From: Gemmatimonadota bacterium
Lineage (GTDB): Bacteria; Gemmatimonadota; Gemmatimonadetes; Gemmatimonadales; GWC2-71-9
Assembly (NCBI GenBank): GCA_036679605.1
Contig: JAZDCZ010000218.1
Location: 1 to 64,000, forward strand
DNA length: 64,000 bases
Reading direction: 5' to 3'
Shown here: positions 1 through 9,816 of the stretch, piece after piece
Numbering within the stretch: the stretch's first letter is position 1
How the letters are laid out: each line of letters begins with the position of its first letter
The notes under the pieces: generated by a model
Databases searched by the model: none
Seen by the model: the letters and a program-made list of their open reading frames with translations, nothing else
Told to the model about the DNA's origin: nothing
Position numbers and translations under genes: made by a program

Positions 1-365
<365 letters not shown>

Positions 366-413
366 TCTTTCTCTTCCCCCATTTTCATCCATACTTACCG
401 TCAATATGCTTTT

Positions 414-531
<118 letters not shown>

Positions 532-539
532 TCACTTAT

Positions 540-609
540 GAATGTCCAATGGCCAATGTCCAATAGTATTTGACTTGGCTATTGGACATTCGTCTTTGGA
601 CATTCGGTA
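540..609. repeat. Inverted array of degenerate heptamer repeats forming a long hairpin after the rRNA operon (possible terminator)
   Basis: AATGTCC-AATGGCC-AATGTCC-AATAG (541-566) faces TTGGCTA-TTGGACA-TTCGTCT-TTGGACA-TTCGGTA (575-609). Confidence 0.75.
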
Positions 610-620
610 TACTTCCCCTG

Positions 621-1517
621 ATGACAACGCCCGAACAAGACACCCGATTTGCCACCATAGCCCTTGCTGGCAAACCCAACTCGGGTAAGTCCACACTGCT
701 GAATGCACTGATCGGTCAGAAGCTCGCCATTACCTCGTCAAAGCCGCAGTCAACTCGGCACTCGGTCATGGGAGTGCATACCGAAGGCAACCTTCAACTC
801 GTATTCGTCGATCCACCTGGCCTGCTAACTCCACACAACGACTTGCAGACATCGATGCTATTATCGGCAACCGAAGCTCTGTCGAGCGCAGATGCGGTCA
901 TTTACACACACCCCATCACCGATGGAACTCCACCGCCACTAGAAACCATTCTGCCGGCCGATCACGATGGACTTCCGACGCACATCGCGACCGTCTTGAC
1001 CAAGGCAGACGTGCTCGCTGAATGCGATCGCCCGGATCGCAGCGCAGCGCAATTCGTAGTGTCGGCCCAGACGGGGCAGGGGATTCCCGCAATACTCGAG
1101 TGGTGCGGAACGCGCGCGAAGCCCGGACCGTTTCGCTACGACGCAGAGGACGTCAGCACGCAGCCCCTGCGGTTCTTTACGACTGAATTAGTTCGCGAGT
1201 CAGCTTTCGAGATACTTGAGCAAGAGCTGCCCTATGCGATCGCCGTCCAGATCGATGAATTTCGGGAGACCGAAAGCCCTGTGTACATCAGTGCCGTTGT
1301 GTACGTGGAACGAGAATCACAGAAAGGAATCGTTATCGGGAAAGGCGGTCGCACCATAAAGTCCCTGGGGCAATCCGCTCGCACCAAGATCGAAGAGTTG
1401 GTCGGGGAGCGGGTCTACCTGGATCTACGGGTCAAAGTTCTTCCGAAGTGGCGCTCCAGCCCTCAGATACTTAAAATGCTGGGGCTTCCCGTACCCACAG
1501 ATCCGAAGAGGAATTGA
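621..1517 (+). CDS. era: GTPase Era
   Basis: [18 protein letters not shown] and KH-domain [14 protein letters not shown] 621 chosen over TTG 570. Confidence 0.95.
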   Translation: MTTPEQDTRFATIALAGKPNSGKSTLLNALIGQKLAITSSKPQSTRHSVMGVHTEGNLQLVFVDPPGLLTPHNDLQTSMLLSATEALSSADAVIYTHPITDGTPPPLETILPADHDGLPTHIATVLTKADVLAECDRPDRSAAQFVVSAQTGQGIPAILEWCGTRAKPGPFRYDAEDVSTQPLRFFTTELVRESAFEILEQELPYAIAVQIDEFRETESPVYISAVVYVERESQKGIVIGKGGRTIKSLGQSARTKIEELVGERVYLDLRVKVLPKWRSSPQILKMLGLPVPTDPKRN

Positions 1518-1687
1518 TGAGCCTACCTCAGGACCTATTAGAGATCCTCGTCTGCCCCAAGTGCAAGGGAGAGCTGGAATACCGAACTGACCCGAAAGAG
1601 GAGCTGGTCTGTAACAAATGCCGGCTGATCTATGCGGTCGAAGAGAGCATTCCGATAATGCTCATTGACGAGGCGACTTCCTTCTGA
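1517..1687 (+). CDS. Trm112-family (YcaR-like) protein, 56 aa; absent from the ORF track
   Basis: [22 protein letters not shown]...[24 protein letters not shown]; the ATG overlaps the era stop (TGATG). Confidence 0.92.
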   Translation: MSLPQDLLEILVCPKCKGELEYRTDPKEELVCNKCRLIYAVEESIPIMLIDEATSF

Positions 1688-1716
1688 CTTAGCCTCGCCG
1701 GGCTTGCCAGCGCGGT

Positions 1717-1745
1717 TTGACTTCTCGACCTAGGACCCGTAAGTT
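1717..1745 (+). promoter_or_regulatory. Putative sigma70 promoter
   Basis: TTGACT-17 bp-TAAGTT upstream of the GGDEF gene, which has an AAGGAG SD. Confidence 0.55.
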
Positions 1746-1783
1746 TTGCCGACACTTGCAATTACGAGCATGAAAGGAGACCG

Positions 1784-2737
1784 GTGCGGACGCGTCCGAC
1801 GGTACTCTATTTTTCCCCGGCCGAGCGTCCCGTCCCCGATCTGATCTCAAGTTGGCTCGGGACTAAGCCGTTCTCGGTAGTCCCCTTCAGCGATCGTGAC
1901 GAGTTGGAAACGGTGGCTCTGCGCAGCCCACCCGTATTGATCGTGATCGACGCGGACGGGTCTGGGGACGATGGGCCAGCACTTTGCCGATCGCTCAAGG
2001 GCGACCCGTTTAGTGCCATTGTACCTATCGTGGCCGTGGCAGGCCAACATGCCACCGACCAGGTGCAACATTGGTTCGAGGCCGGCTCAGACGAAGTCAT
2101 CACACCGCAGTTCGAAGCCGCTGAGCAACACAGCAGGCTCGACGTTCTTCTGGCGCGCACCGAGAGAAATGTGGCGGTGCACCCGTCCACACTACTCCCG
2201 GGCACCACGGAAATTGAGCGCGCCCTACGCGTCAGGCTCGACAACGGCGAACTGTTCGCGATATGTTACGCTGACCTGGATCACTTCAAGGAGTTCAACG
2301 ACCGATACAGCTACTATGACGGAGACAGGATTATCCTGCTAGTTTCCCGAATTCTCCGGGATGTAGTAAAGGGCCTGTGCCCAAGCAACGGCTTTCTCGG
2401 TCATATTGGTGGAGACGATTTCATTATTATCTTACCACTTGAGCGAATCCAGGAAGTATGCGGGGAAATCGTCTCGGTTTTTGATAACCTGATTCCGTAT
2501 CAATACAGCGTGCAGGATCAGCGAGCGGGATATTTCTTTGGAAAGGACAGACGAGGCCATCTACATCGCGTTCCGTTGATGACTTTGTCGATCGGTGTTG
2601 TGACCAACGAGAATCACGTATTTACACACCCAGCTGAGGTGAGCGAGACTGCAACCGAAATGAAAATGTACGCCAAGACTCTGCCTGGCTCGGTGTTCGT
2701 CGTCGACCGACGCAGCGACGCCGACCGAAGTCAATAG
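1784..2737 (+). CDS. Receiver-like domain plus GGDEF diguanylate cyclase
   Basis: DLDHFKEFNDRY, GDRI and HIGGDDF; N-terminal REC-like segment (LIVID...LCRSLK...PIVAV). Confidence 0.88.
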   Translation: MRTRPTVLYFSPAERPVPDLISSWLGTKPFSVVPFSDRDELETVALRSPPVLIVIDADGSGDDGPALCRSLKGDPFSAIVPIVAVAGQHATDQVQHWFEAGSDEVITPQFEAAEQHSRLDVLLARTERNVAVHPSTLLPGTTEIERALRVRLDNGELFAICYADLDHFKEFNDRYSYYDGDRIILLVSRILRDVVKGLCPSNGFLGHIGGDDFIIILPLERIQEVCGEIVSVFDNLIPYQYSVQDQRAGYFFGKDRRGHLHRVPLMTLSIGVVTNENHVFTHPAEVSETATEMKMYAKTLPGSVFVVDRRSDADRSQ

Positions 2738-2756
2738 AAGACGAGGAACGTTAACA

Positions 2757-3557
2757 ATGAACGTACGTTGCCCGTCGTGTGAAGCTGTTTATCGCGTAGA
2801 CCCCGCCAAAGTACCGCAGGTTGGCATCAGGGCGCGGTGTGGATCTTGTGCCGCCGTGATTGCGATACAGGCACCGAATACCTCGCCAGTCACCAAGACC
2901 GAAGTCGGTCTGGAGACCGCCCCCGCCCCCACCGGCGGACCGGAGCTTGTGCGCGATCAGTCGCCTGAGCCACCAACGCAACCAGCCCCACCGCCTTCTG
3001 CACCTCGTCTATCACGACCGTTCACCCAGCCGCGGCCAGATATAGGAGGTGCACCAAGTCCATCACCAGTACCACCGCGCCCGAGTGCTCCCGTATTTCG
3101 CCCCACTCCAGGAATGCCCATCACTCAGCCCGTTGCACCGGAGCGGCCGCCGCCACCACCGCCAGAGCCGGATGTGCCGGCGACCACCACCGCAGTCGAG
3201 CCGGAGCCATCTCCAGTTCAGCCAGCCGAGCTGGCGGCCCCAGCACCGGCACCCACAGCGGCTCCGACTCCAGCGACAACGCAGCCGAGACGCCCGGTCA
3301 ATCCATTCCTATCGAAAGACCCAAGCCAGAAGGCTCGACGGCTCGCCAGGGCACTAGTCTCGGATATGATCGTATATCAGCCCAAGAAGCGGCAGGACGC
3401 ACTCCACGACGGCAATCTCAAGACTGCGTTCGAGGAGGAGATCAAGAAGAGTTGGGGGGAATACGTGGTCCAAGTGGGAGAAGATGTGGCCAACTCGACG
3501 CCGTACTTTACTGAGGCCCTGAACGATATCTTGGCGGGAGGTCAGAAGATCTTTTAG
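2757..3557 (+). CDS. MJ0042-type zinc-ribbon protein with Pro-rich linker and helical C-terminal domain
   Basis: N-terminal CPSC..YRV....RARCGSC; Pro/Ala-rich middle; GAGG SD. Confidence 0.8.
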   Translation: MNVRCPSCEAVYRVDPAKVPQVGIRARCGSCAAVIAIQAPNTSPVTKTEVGLETAPAPTGGPELVRDQSPEPPTQPAPPPSAPRLSRPFTQPRPDIGGAPSPSPVPPRPSAPVFRPTPGMPITQPVAPERPPPPPPEPDVPATTTAVEPEPSPVQPAELAAPAPAPTAAPTPATTQPRRPVNPFLSKDPSQKARRLARALVSDMIVYQPKKRQDALHDGNLKTAFEEEIKKSWGEYVVQVGEDVANSTPYFTEALNDILAGGQKIF

Positions 3558-3598
3558 GGTGGTGTTAAGTGCCTGAGTGGCTTATATTTGCCTCCGCA

Positions 3599-3632
3599 TG
3601 AGTCGTCTGGACAGTCCCGTCCGGACGACTCA
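3599..3632 (+). other. 14-bp stem-loop in the intergenic region before prfB
   Basis: TGAGTCGTCTGGAC-agtccc-GTCCGGACGACTCA (one G-U pair). Confidence 0.6.
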
Positions 3633-3664
3633 ATTCACATAACGGTTTTTTGGTAGGAGCTGAG

Positions 3665-4772
3665 ATGGCAGAGACGATCCAAGAGCGCCTTGGGGACATA
3701 AGCGGGAGACTCGCTGAACTCCGAGGTTATCTTTGACATTGATGCCAAGCAGAGCCGACTAAGCGAACTCGAATCCTCCATGTTGGCGCCCGGATTCTGG
3801 GACGATTCTGGCAGCGCTCGTTCAACCGTCGACGAAATCCGCCAACTCAAACGCTGGACGGAGCCCCACTCCGATCTAAGTCATCGCACCCAAGAAGCGC
3901 TCGAACTTGCGGAGCTGGTTGCAATAGAACCTGATCCGGAGATCGAGGTGGGCTTGACTGAAGAGGCCAACAGGCTCGCCCGGGAACTCGGACAACTCGA
4001 ACTCCAGAACATGCTGCAAGGGCCGGATGATCCGCGCTCCGCATTGCTCACCGTGCGCCCAGGAGCCGGCGGGACCGAATCCCAGGACTGGGCGGAGATG
4101 CTACTTCGGATGTACACCCGTTGGGCCGAACAGCATGGGTACTCTGTCAAGGTGCTCGATCTAGTGTCGGGAGACGAAGCCGGCATCAAGTCGGCTTCTA
4201 TTGAGATCGAAGGAGAATACGCCTACGGCTACATGAAGGCCGAAAAGGGTGTTCACCGTCTGGTGAGGATCTCTCCCTTCGACACGCAATCGCGGCGACA
4301 CACGTCGTTTGCATCTGTATTTGTCTATCCGGTGGTGGACGATACCGTGGAGATCGATCTGCGCGACGATGACATCGAGATGGACGTTTTCCGTGCGTCC
4401 GGTGCCGGTGGACAGCACGTCAACAAGACATCCTCCGCCGTCCGGCTACGGCACACACCTTCGGGGATAGTAGTCTCTTGCCAGCAGGAGCGCAGTCAGT
4501 TCAAGAATAGGGCAACCGCTCTCAAGATGTTGAAGGCTGCGCTTTATCAAAGAGCCCTCGAAGAACAAGAAAAAAAGCGCGCCGAGGTCGAAGCATCCAA
4601 GACGACCATCAGCTGGGGTAATCAAATTCGTTCCTACATCTTCCAACCATATACGATGGTCAACGATCACCGAACCGAACTAAAGATCTCTGACGTTCGA
4701 TCTGTCATGGATGGTAACATCGATGCCTTTATTCAATCCTTTCTGCGGCAGTTTGGAGGCAGGGCAGCATGA
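3665..4772 (+). CDS. prfB: Peptide chain release factor 2 with programmed +1 frameshift at 3731-3737
   Basis: ATG 3665 (AGGAG SD) reads MAETIQERLGDISGRLAELRGYL to CTT-TGA-C with internal SD GAGGT. The +1 frame joins the ORF carrying SPF and GAGGQHVN. Confidence 0.96.
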
Positions 4773-6253
4773 GCGAAGTCGCGCGGTCGTTCATCGAAGA
4801 GGCAAGACGAGAGAAACTGGCCGCGCTCAGAAAGCGTGGCATAGAACCGTTTCAATACTCTTATCGCCGGACTCATTCGGCACACTCAGCGAACGAGCTC
4901 GACGTCGAGGATCAACCTGCAGTGCGACTATCAGGACGCATAGTGGCACTGCGACCCCACGGCAAGACGACTTTCGGACACGTTGCAGATCAGACCGGAA
5001 AAGTCCAGTTCTATATCCGGCGTGACGAAGTCGGTGAGGACGTCTATGAGTTAGTCAAGCTCCTTGACCTGGGAGATCTCATAGGCCTGGAAGGGTATAT
5101 GTTCAAGACCAGGACCGGCGAGACAACCGTCCATATCAAAGAACTCACGCTGCTCACTAAAGCACTCAGACCGTTGCCGCTCGGTAAGGAAGATGCCGAT
5201 GGCGTTCAACATAACGAACTTTCCGATCCGGAAATCCGCTACAGAGAACGCTACGTCGACCTCGCAGTACACAGCGATACACGCGATCTATTCCGGTTTA
5301 GGGCGCAAGTCGTGTCGTACATACGAGAGTTCCTCGATTCGAGAGAATTCGTCGAGGTCGAGACACCGGTCCTTCAGCCACTTTATGGCGGCGCCATGGC
5401 GCGCCCGTTCAGTACGCACTACAACACACTGCATTGCGACTTCTATCTGCGAATTGCCACGGAACTCTATTTAAAGCGTTGCATAGTGGGGGGACTCGAG
5501 AAGGTCTATGAAATCGGCAAGGATTTCCGAAACGAGGGGATAGACCGGATGCACAACCCCGAGTTCACCATGCTGGAGTTCTACGAGGCTTATGCCGATT
5601 ATTCAGACATAATGGTGCTTCTCGAACAGATGTTGGAGGGACTTGTGCGCGAGGTATGCGGGGCCTCCGTGATTGAACGGTTTGGAGCCACCTTCGATTT
5701 CTCACCGCCGTGGGACCGACTGGCCTATATGGATCTTGTTGGTAAACACGCCGGTGTAGATCTCCAAACCGCTGACGACCACGCAATCCGGATTCCCTTG
5801 GAGTCACACGACATCCCCGATCTCGACAAAATGCCGCGAACCAAATTGATGGACGAGTTGTTCAAGCATTTTGTGGAACCACATCTGCAGCAACCCACGT
5901 TCGTCGTCGATTACCCCATCGAGATTTCTCCGCTCGCCAAGCCGAAGCGCGGGGATCCCGAATTGGCCGAGCGGTTCGAACTTTTCGTGCAGGGGCAGGA
6001 ACTGGCCAACGCGTTCAGCGAACTCAACAACCCCGACGATCAACGTCAGCGATTTGAGGCGCAAGTGGCTGCACGAGCAGCGGGAGACGATGAGGCGCAC
6101 CGGGTCGACGAGGACTACCTTCGCGCACTCGAGTACGGAATGCCACCCACCGGAGGGTGTGGATTGGGCATCGACCGACTAGTCATGCTGTTGAGCGAAA
6201 AAGCCTCTATCCGCGACGTCATACTCTTCCCCATGTTGAGGCCCGATTCATGA
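4769..6253 (+). CDS. lysS: Lysine--tRNA ligase (class II)
   Basis: YLRIATELYLKR, FRNEG, HNPEFTMLE and YGMPPTGGCGLGIDRL. Confidence 0.97.
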   Translation: MSEVARSFIEEARREKLAALRKRGIEPFQYSYRRTHSAHSANELDVEDQPAVRLSGRIVALRPHGKTTFGHVADQTGKVQFYIRRDEVGEDVYELVKLLDLGDLIGLEGYMFKTRTGETTVHIKELTLLTKALRPLPLGKEDADGVQHNELSDPEIRYRERYVDLAVHSDTRDLFRFRAQVVSYIREFLDSREFVEVETPVLQPLYGGAMARPFSTHYNTLHCDFYLRIATELYLKRCIVGGLEKVYEIGKDFRNEGIDRMHNPEFTMLEFYEAYADYSDIMVLLEQMLEGLVREVCGASVIERFGATFDFSPPWDRLAYMDLVGKHAGVDLQTADDHAIRIPLESHDIPDLDKMPRTKLMDELFKHFVEPHLQQPTFVVDYPIEISPLAKPKRGDPELAERFELFVQGQELANAFSELNNPDDQRQRFEAQVAARAAGDDEAHRVDEDYLRALEYGMPPTGGCGLGIDRLVMLLSEKASIRDVILFPMLRPDS

Positions 6254-7500
6254 GCCGGCTCGAGGTCACAATCGCCGGGCGCTATCTCCGAAGCAGGAAA
6301 TCGTCGCGACTGGTATCGCTCATTACGCTGATCGCAACCGGCGGTGTGGCAATTGGGGTAATGGCTCTGATCGTCGTCATGGGAGTCATGAACGGGATGC
6401 AAAACGATCTGCGTGAGAAGATTCTAATTGCGACTCCTCACCTGAGAATCCTGACGTACGGACAGGGCCTGCTCCTCGAGAACTGGGAGTTAGTGCAGGA
6501 GAAGGTTAAGACCCACCCCGAAGTGATCTCGGTCCGTCCGTTTGTTTTGAGCCAAGGACTGCTCTCAGCTGGATTTGACTACAGTGAAGGTGCGTACATC
6601 CTGGGGATGGATCTCGATACAACGGGCCTCCCGGTAACCCCTTTGGCAGCCAAACTACGGGCCGGCGACCTCAGCTTTGAAACCGAGTCGGATACCGTCG
6701 ATGGAGGGATCATCCTGGGCAGGCGTCTGGCGCAGCGGCTATCGGCTTATCCGGGAGATCGCTTGTCCGTAATCTCTCCGATCGGAAGCAAGTTCAATCC
6801 CGCACTCGGAGCATTTGTGCCAAAGTTCTGGATTTTCGAGGTGACCGATCAGTTCGAAACCGGCATGTTCGAGTACGACAACGGATACGCGATGCTCCCA
6901 AGGGACCTCGCACAGGAATTTGCTGGTCTCGGAGAGGCGGTGACAGGTCTGGATGTGCGTCTGTCCGACCCTTGGGACGCACCGAGCGTAGCCGCGGAGC
7001 TTGAGGAAAAACTGGACTACCCCTACCGTGTCGTCGACTGGCAAAGCCAAAATGACGCGCTGTTCTCGGCGCTCCAGCTAGAAAAACTCGCCATGGGAAC
7101 GATACTGCTGTTAATCGTGATTGTCGCAGCATTTAATATTGTCAGCACCTTGACGATGCTGGTAAGAGATAAGACCCGAGAGATAGGCATCCTTAGGGCT
7201 ATGGGGCTTCCGGCCCGAATCATTAGGCGGACGTTCTTGCTCCAAGGCACATTCATTGGGGTAGTCGGGACGGGCATTGGAAGCGTGTTGGGGCTCGTAT
7301 TGGCTTACTCGATCGACAAGCGGAAGATCATAGAACTCAACCCTAGCGTGTACTTCATAGACCATCTCCCAGTCCAGGTCGATTCCTTGGACCTGATAGC
7401 GATCGTAGTGGCCAGCATTCTAGTGGCGACACTGGCAACCATCTATCCGGCGCAGCAAGCGGCTTCGCTCCACCCTGTTGACGCGATCAAGTACGAATGA
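6250..7500 (+). CDS. lolE: Lipoprotein-releasing ABC transporter permease (LolC/E family)
   Basis: IAGRYLRSRK, VMNG, VAAFNIVSTL and REIGILRAMG. ATG 6250 overlaps the lysS stop. Confidence 0.88.
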   Translation: MSRLEVTIAGRYLRSRKSSRLVSLITLIATGGVAIGVMALIVVMGVMNGMQNDLREKILIATPHLRILTYGQGLLLENWELVQEKVKTHPEVISVRPFVLSQGLLSAGFDYSEGAYILGMDLDTTGLPVTPLAAKLRAGDLSFETESDTVDGGIILGRRLAQRLSAYPGDRLSVISPIGSKFNPALGAFVPKFWIFEVTDQFETGMFEYDNGYAMLPRDLAQEFAGLGEAVTGLDVRLSDPWDAPSVAAELEEKLDYPYRVVDWQSQNDALFSALQLEKLAMGTILLLIVIVAAFNIVSTLTMLVRDKTREIGILRAMGLPARIIRRTFLLQGTFIGVVGTGIGSVLGLVLAYSIDKRKIIELNPSVYFIDHLPVQVDSLDLIAIVVASILVATLATIYPAQQAASLHPVDAIKYE

Positions 7501-8198
7501 ATCCGGTAATCGAGGCGCGGGGCATCAGGAAGACCTATCGGGGAGGCGGTGAAACGTCGATCGAAGTGCTGAGACACGCGGACATAACACTGCTTCCCGG
7601 AGAGGTGGTGGCGATCGCCGGTTCAAGTGGTGCCGGCAAGTCCACGCTACTTCACTTGTTGGGTGCCCTCGACGCACCAACGGCGGGTGAGATTCTGTTG
7701 GACGGTCAGCGATACAGCGATCTTTCGGCAGGCGAACGTGACACACTTCGTAACGAAAAACTGGGATTCGTTTTTCAGTTTCATCACCTGTTGCGCGAAT
7801 TTTCCGCGTTGGAAAACGTGATGATGCCATTGCTGATCGGCGGTGAGTCTGAAGATAACGCGCGCGGACGTGCAGAAGAGCTTCTTGCCACGGTCGGCCT
7901 CGCCGGCCGGATGACTCATCGACCTGCCGCGCTATCGGGGGGCGAACAACAACGCTGTGCAGTGGCCAGAGCGTTAGCCCGAGATCCTCGGGTAGTCTTG
8001 GCGGACGAGCCCAGCGGCAACCTGGACAATTTCAATAGCGAGCGACTTCACGACCTTCTCTTCGGATTGGCACGCAATCTTGAAACGGCGCTCGTTGTGG
8101 TCACGCACAACCGTTCGTTGGCTGAACGTGCGGATCGGATTCTGTTGTTAACCGACGGCCTGCTCGAGCCGGTCGACTCAGTTGGAGCGCTACCGTAA
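7497..8198 (+). CDS. lolD: Lipoprotein-releasing ABC transporter ATPase
   Basis: [27 protein letters not shown] and [10 protein letters not shown]. Confidence 0.92.
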   Translation: MNPVIEARGIRKTYRGGGETSIEVLRHADITLLPGEVVAIAGSSGAGKSTLLHLLGALDAPTAGEILLDGQRYSDLSAGERDTLRNEKLGFVFQFHHLLREFSALENVMMPLLIGGESEDNARGRAEELLATVGLAGRMTHRPAALSGGEQQRCAVARALARDPRVVLADEPSGNLDNFNSERLHDLLFGLARNLETALVVVTHNRSLAERADRILLLTDGLLEPVDSVGALP

Positions 8199-8695
8199 TG
8201 CGGTGCGACAATTGCGGAGAGAGAGAGGCGGCGGTACACCTCACTCAGGTCGTCGACAACTCGGTGACCACCCTACATCTTTGCCCCCAGTGTGCGGCGG
8301 AGAAAGGCGTACAAACGGAAACGAGCGTAGCCAAATTCCCGCTCTCGGATTTCCTCGCCTCGTTGGGGCAGGGAGTAGGGACAGAGATCGGCTCCGGCGA
8401 TGCGCAGCAGAGCTGTGACTTTTGCAACAGCACACTTCAAGAATTTCGGAAAACGGGCCGGCTTGGCTGTCCTCACTGCTACGATTCCTTCGAAGGCCAT
8501 CTGAGAGATCTGCTCCGCAGACTTCATGGCTCCAGTCATCACACCGGAGAGGTTTACCTCACTCCCGAGTTGGGCGACTCCGACACAAAGAGGTACCGGC
8601 TCACCGAATTGCGTCAAAAACTGAAAGGTGCTGTCGCGGCCGAAAATTTCGAACTCGCCGCCGAATTAAGAGACCGTATCAGGGCTATCGAATGA
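8198..8695 (+). CDS. mcsA: McsA, arginine kinase activator (CxxC motifs plus UVR domain)
   Basis: CDNC, CPQC, CDFC, GRLGCPHCY and ENFELAAELRD. Confidence 0.92.
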   Translation: MRCDNCGEREAAVHLTQVVDNSVTTLHLCPQCAAEKGVQTETSVAKFPLSDFLASLGQGVGTEIGSGDAQQSCDFCNSTLQEFRKTGRLGCPHCYDSFEGHLRDLLRRLHGSSHHTGEVYLTPELGDSDTKRYRLTELRQKLKGAVAAENFELAAELRDRIRAIE

Positions 8696-9777
8696 CAATC
8701 GACCTGAGTCTCCTCAAGGATAGCGGTATATCGTGGCTCAATGCGAGCGGTCCGGAGAGCCAGATAGTGCTCTCGACCAGGGTGAGACTGGCGCGCAATC
8801 TCCAGGGACTTCCGTTCAGCGTTCGTGCAAAGGATCCGGATCTGGAGTCGGTGCTCGATCAGGTTGTTTCGGTTGGCCAAGAACCCGACGTACTGGACGG
8901 GGCCACCGTATTCCGGCTGGGCGAACTGGAGCCCATGGAGCGGCAACTGCTTCACGAGCGGCACCTCGTGTCGAAGGAGCTGGCAGGCTTGGAGGATAGC
9001 GCAGGCCCAAGGCACGCGGCGGCTCTGCTTACCGATGGCGAGTTGGGGATAATGATCAACGAAGAGGATCACCTCCGACTCCACAGCCTGCAATCTGGCT
9101 TCTCCTTGCCCGAGGCATACGACCGTCTCGACAGACTGGATACCAGCCTCGGAACGCGGCTGTCCTTCGCCTTTCATCCCGAGTTTGGTTACCTTACGTC
9201 GTGCCCGACCAACGCAGGCACGGGGCTGCGAGCGTCAGTCTTGGTCCACCTTCCCGGCCTGGTGCTCACGAAGGAAATTGCGAAGGTCCTACAGGGGTTA
9301 TCCCAGGTGGGGCTTACGTTTAGAGGGCTTTACGGAGAGGGCAGCGAGGTCGTCGGAAACTTCTTCCAGTTGTCCAACCAGACGACTCTCGGCAAGTCTG
9401 AAGATGAGTTGTTAGATCACCTCGGAAAGATTGTCCGACAGGTGATCGCGTATGAAGTTCAGGCCAGGGAAATTCTTCAGCAAGACGCCCAGCCCGTGAT
9501 CGCAGACAAGGTGTGGCGGGCGTATGGGCTCCTGCGCTATGCGCGGAGCCTCTCGTTTGAGGAAATGATGAACCTGCTGAGCGGGGTGCGGCTCGGTGTC
9601 GGACTGAACCTGATTAAGAACTTGAGTGTATACAGTTTGAACAAACTACTGGTCTTTACACAGCCGGCCCATCTGGCCCGACCCGAGGGCAGAGACCTCT
9701 CAACGGCGGACTTGGCCGTGCTGCGGGCCACCCATGTTAGGCATGAGCTGGAAGCCGAGGCGGCCCGGGGTTTCTAG
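8692..9777 (+). CDS. mcsB: Protein arginine kinase McsB
   Basis: STRVRLARN, NEEDHLR, GYLTSCPTNAGTGLRAS and RGLYGEGS. ATG 8692 overlaps the mcsA stop. Confidence 0.94.
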   Translation: MTIDLSLLKDSGISWLNASGPESQIVLSTRVRLARNLQGLPFSVRAKDPDLESVLDQVVSVGQEPDVLDGATVFRLGELEPMERQLLHERHLVSKELAGLEDSAGPRHAAALLTDGELGIMINEEDHLRLHSLQSGFSLPEAYDRLDRLDTSLGTRLSFAFHPEFGYLTSCPTNAGTGLRASVLVHLPGLVLTKEIAKVLQGLSQVGLTFRGLYGEGSEVVGNFFQLSNQTTLGKSEDELLDHLGKIVRQVIAYEVQAREILQQDAQPVIADKVWRAYGLLRYARSLSFEEMMNLLSGVRLGVGLNLIKNLSVYSLNKLLVFTQPAHLARPEGRDLSTADLAVLRATHVRHELEAEAARGF

Positions 9778-9816
9778 GTTGCGATAGGCTGGCAACGGGG
9801 AGAATCGGAACAACCG

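Noticed and set aside
2900..3300. Repetitive-looking C-rich DNA
   Set aside because: Explained by the Pro/Ala-rich linker; no exact tandem unit or CRISPR-like periodicity.
8422..8691. N-terminal extensions in the ORF track (mcsB, lolE, gpsA, pcm, trpG, ispF, flippase, mqnC)
   Set aside because: Most overlap upstream genes, and downstream starts with stop/start coupling or a -10 box fit family lengths better. This is unlike lptB, where the long start is the coupled one.
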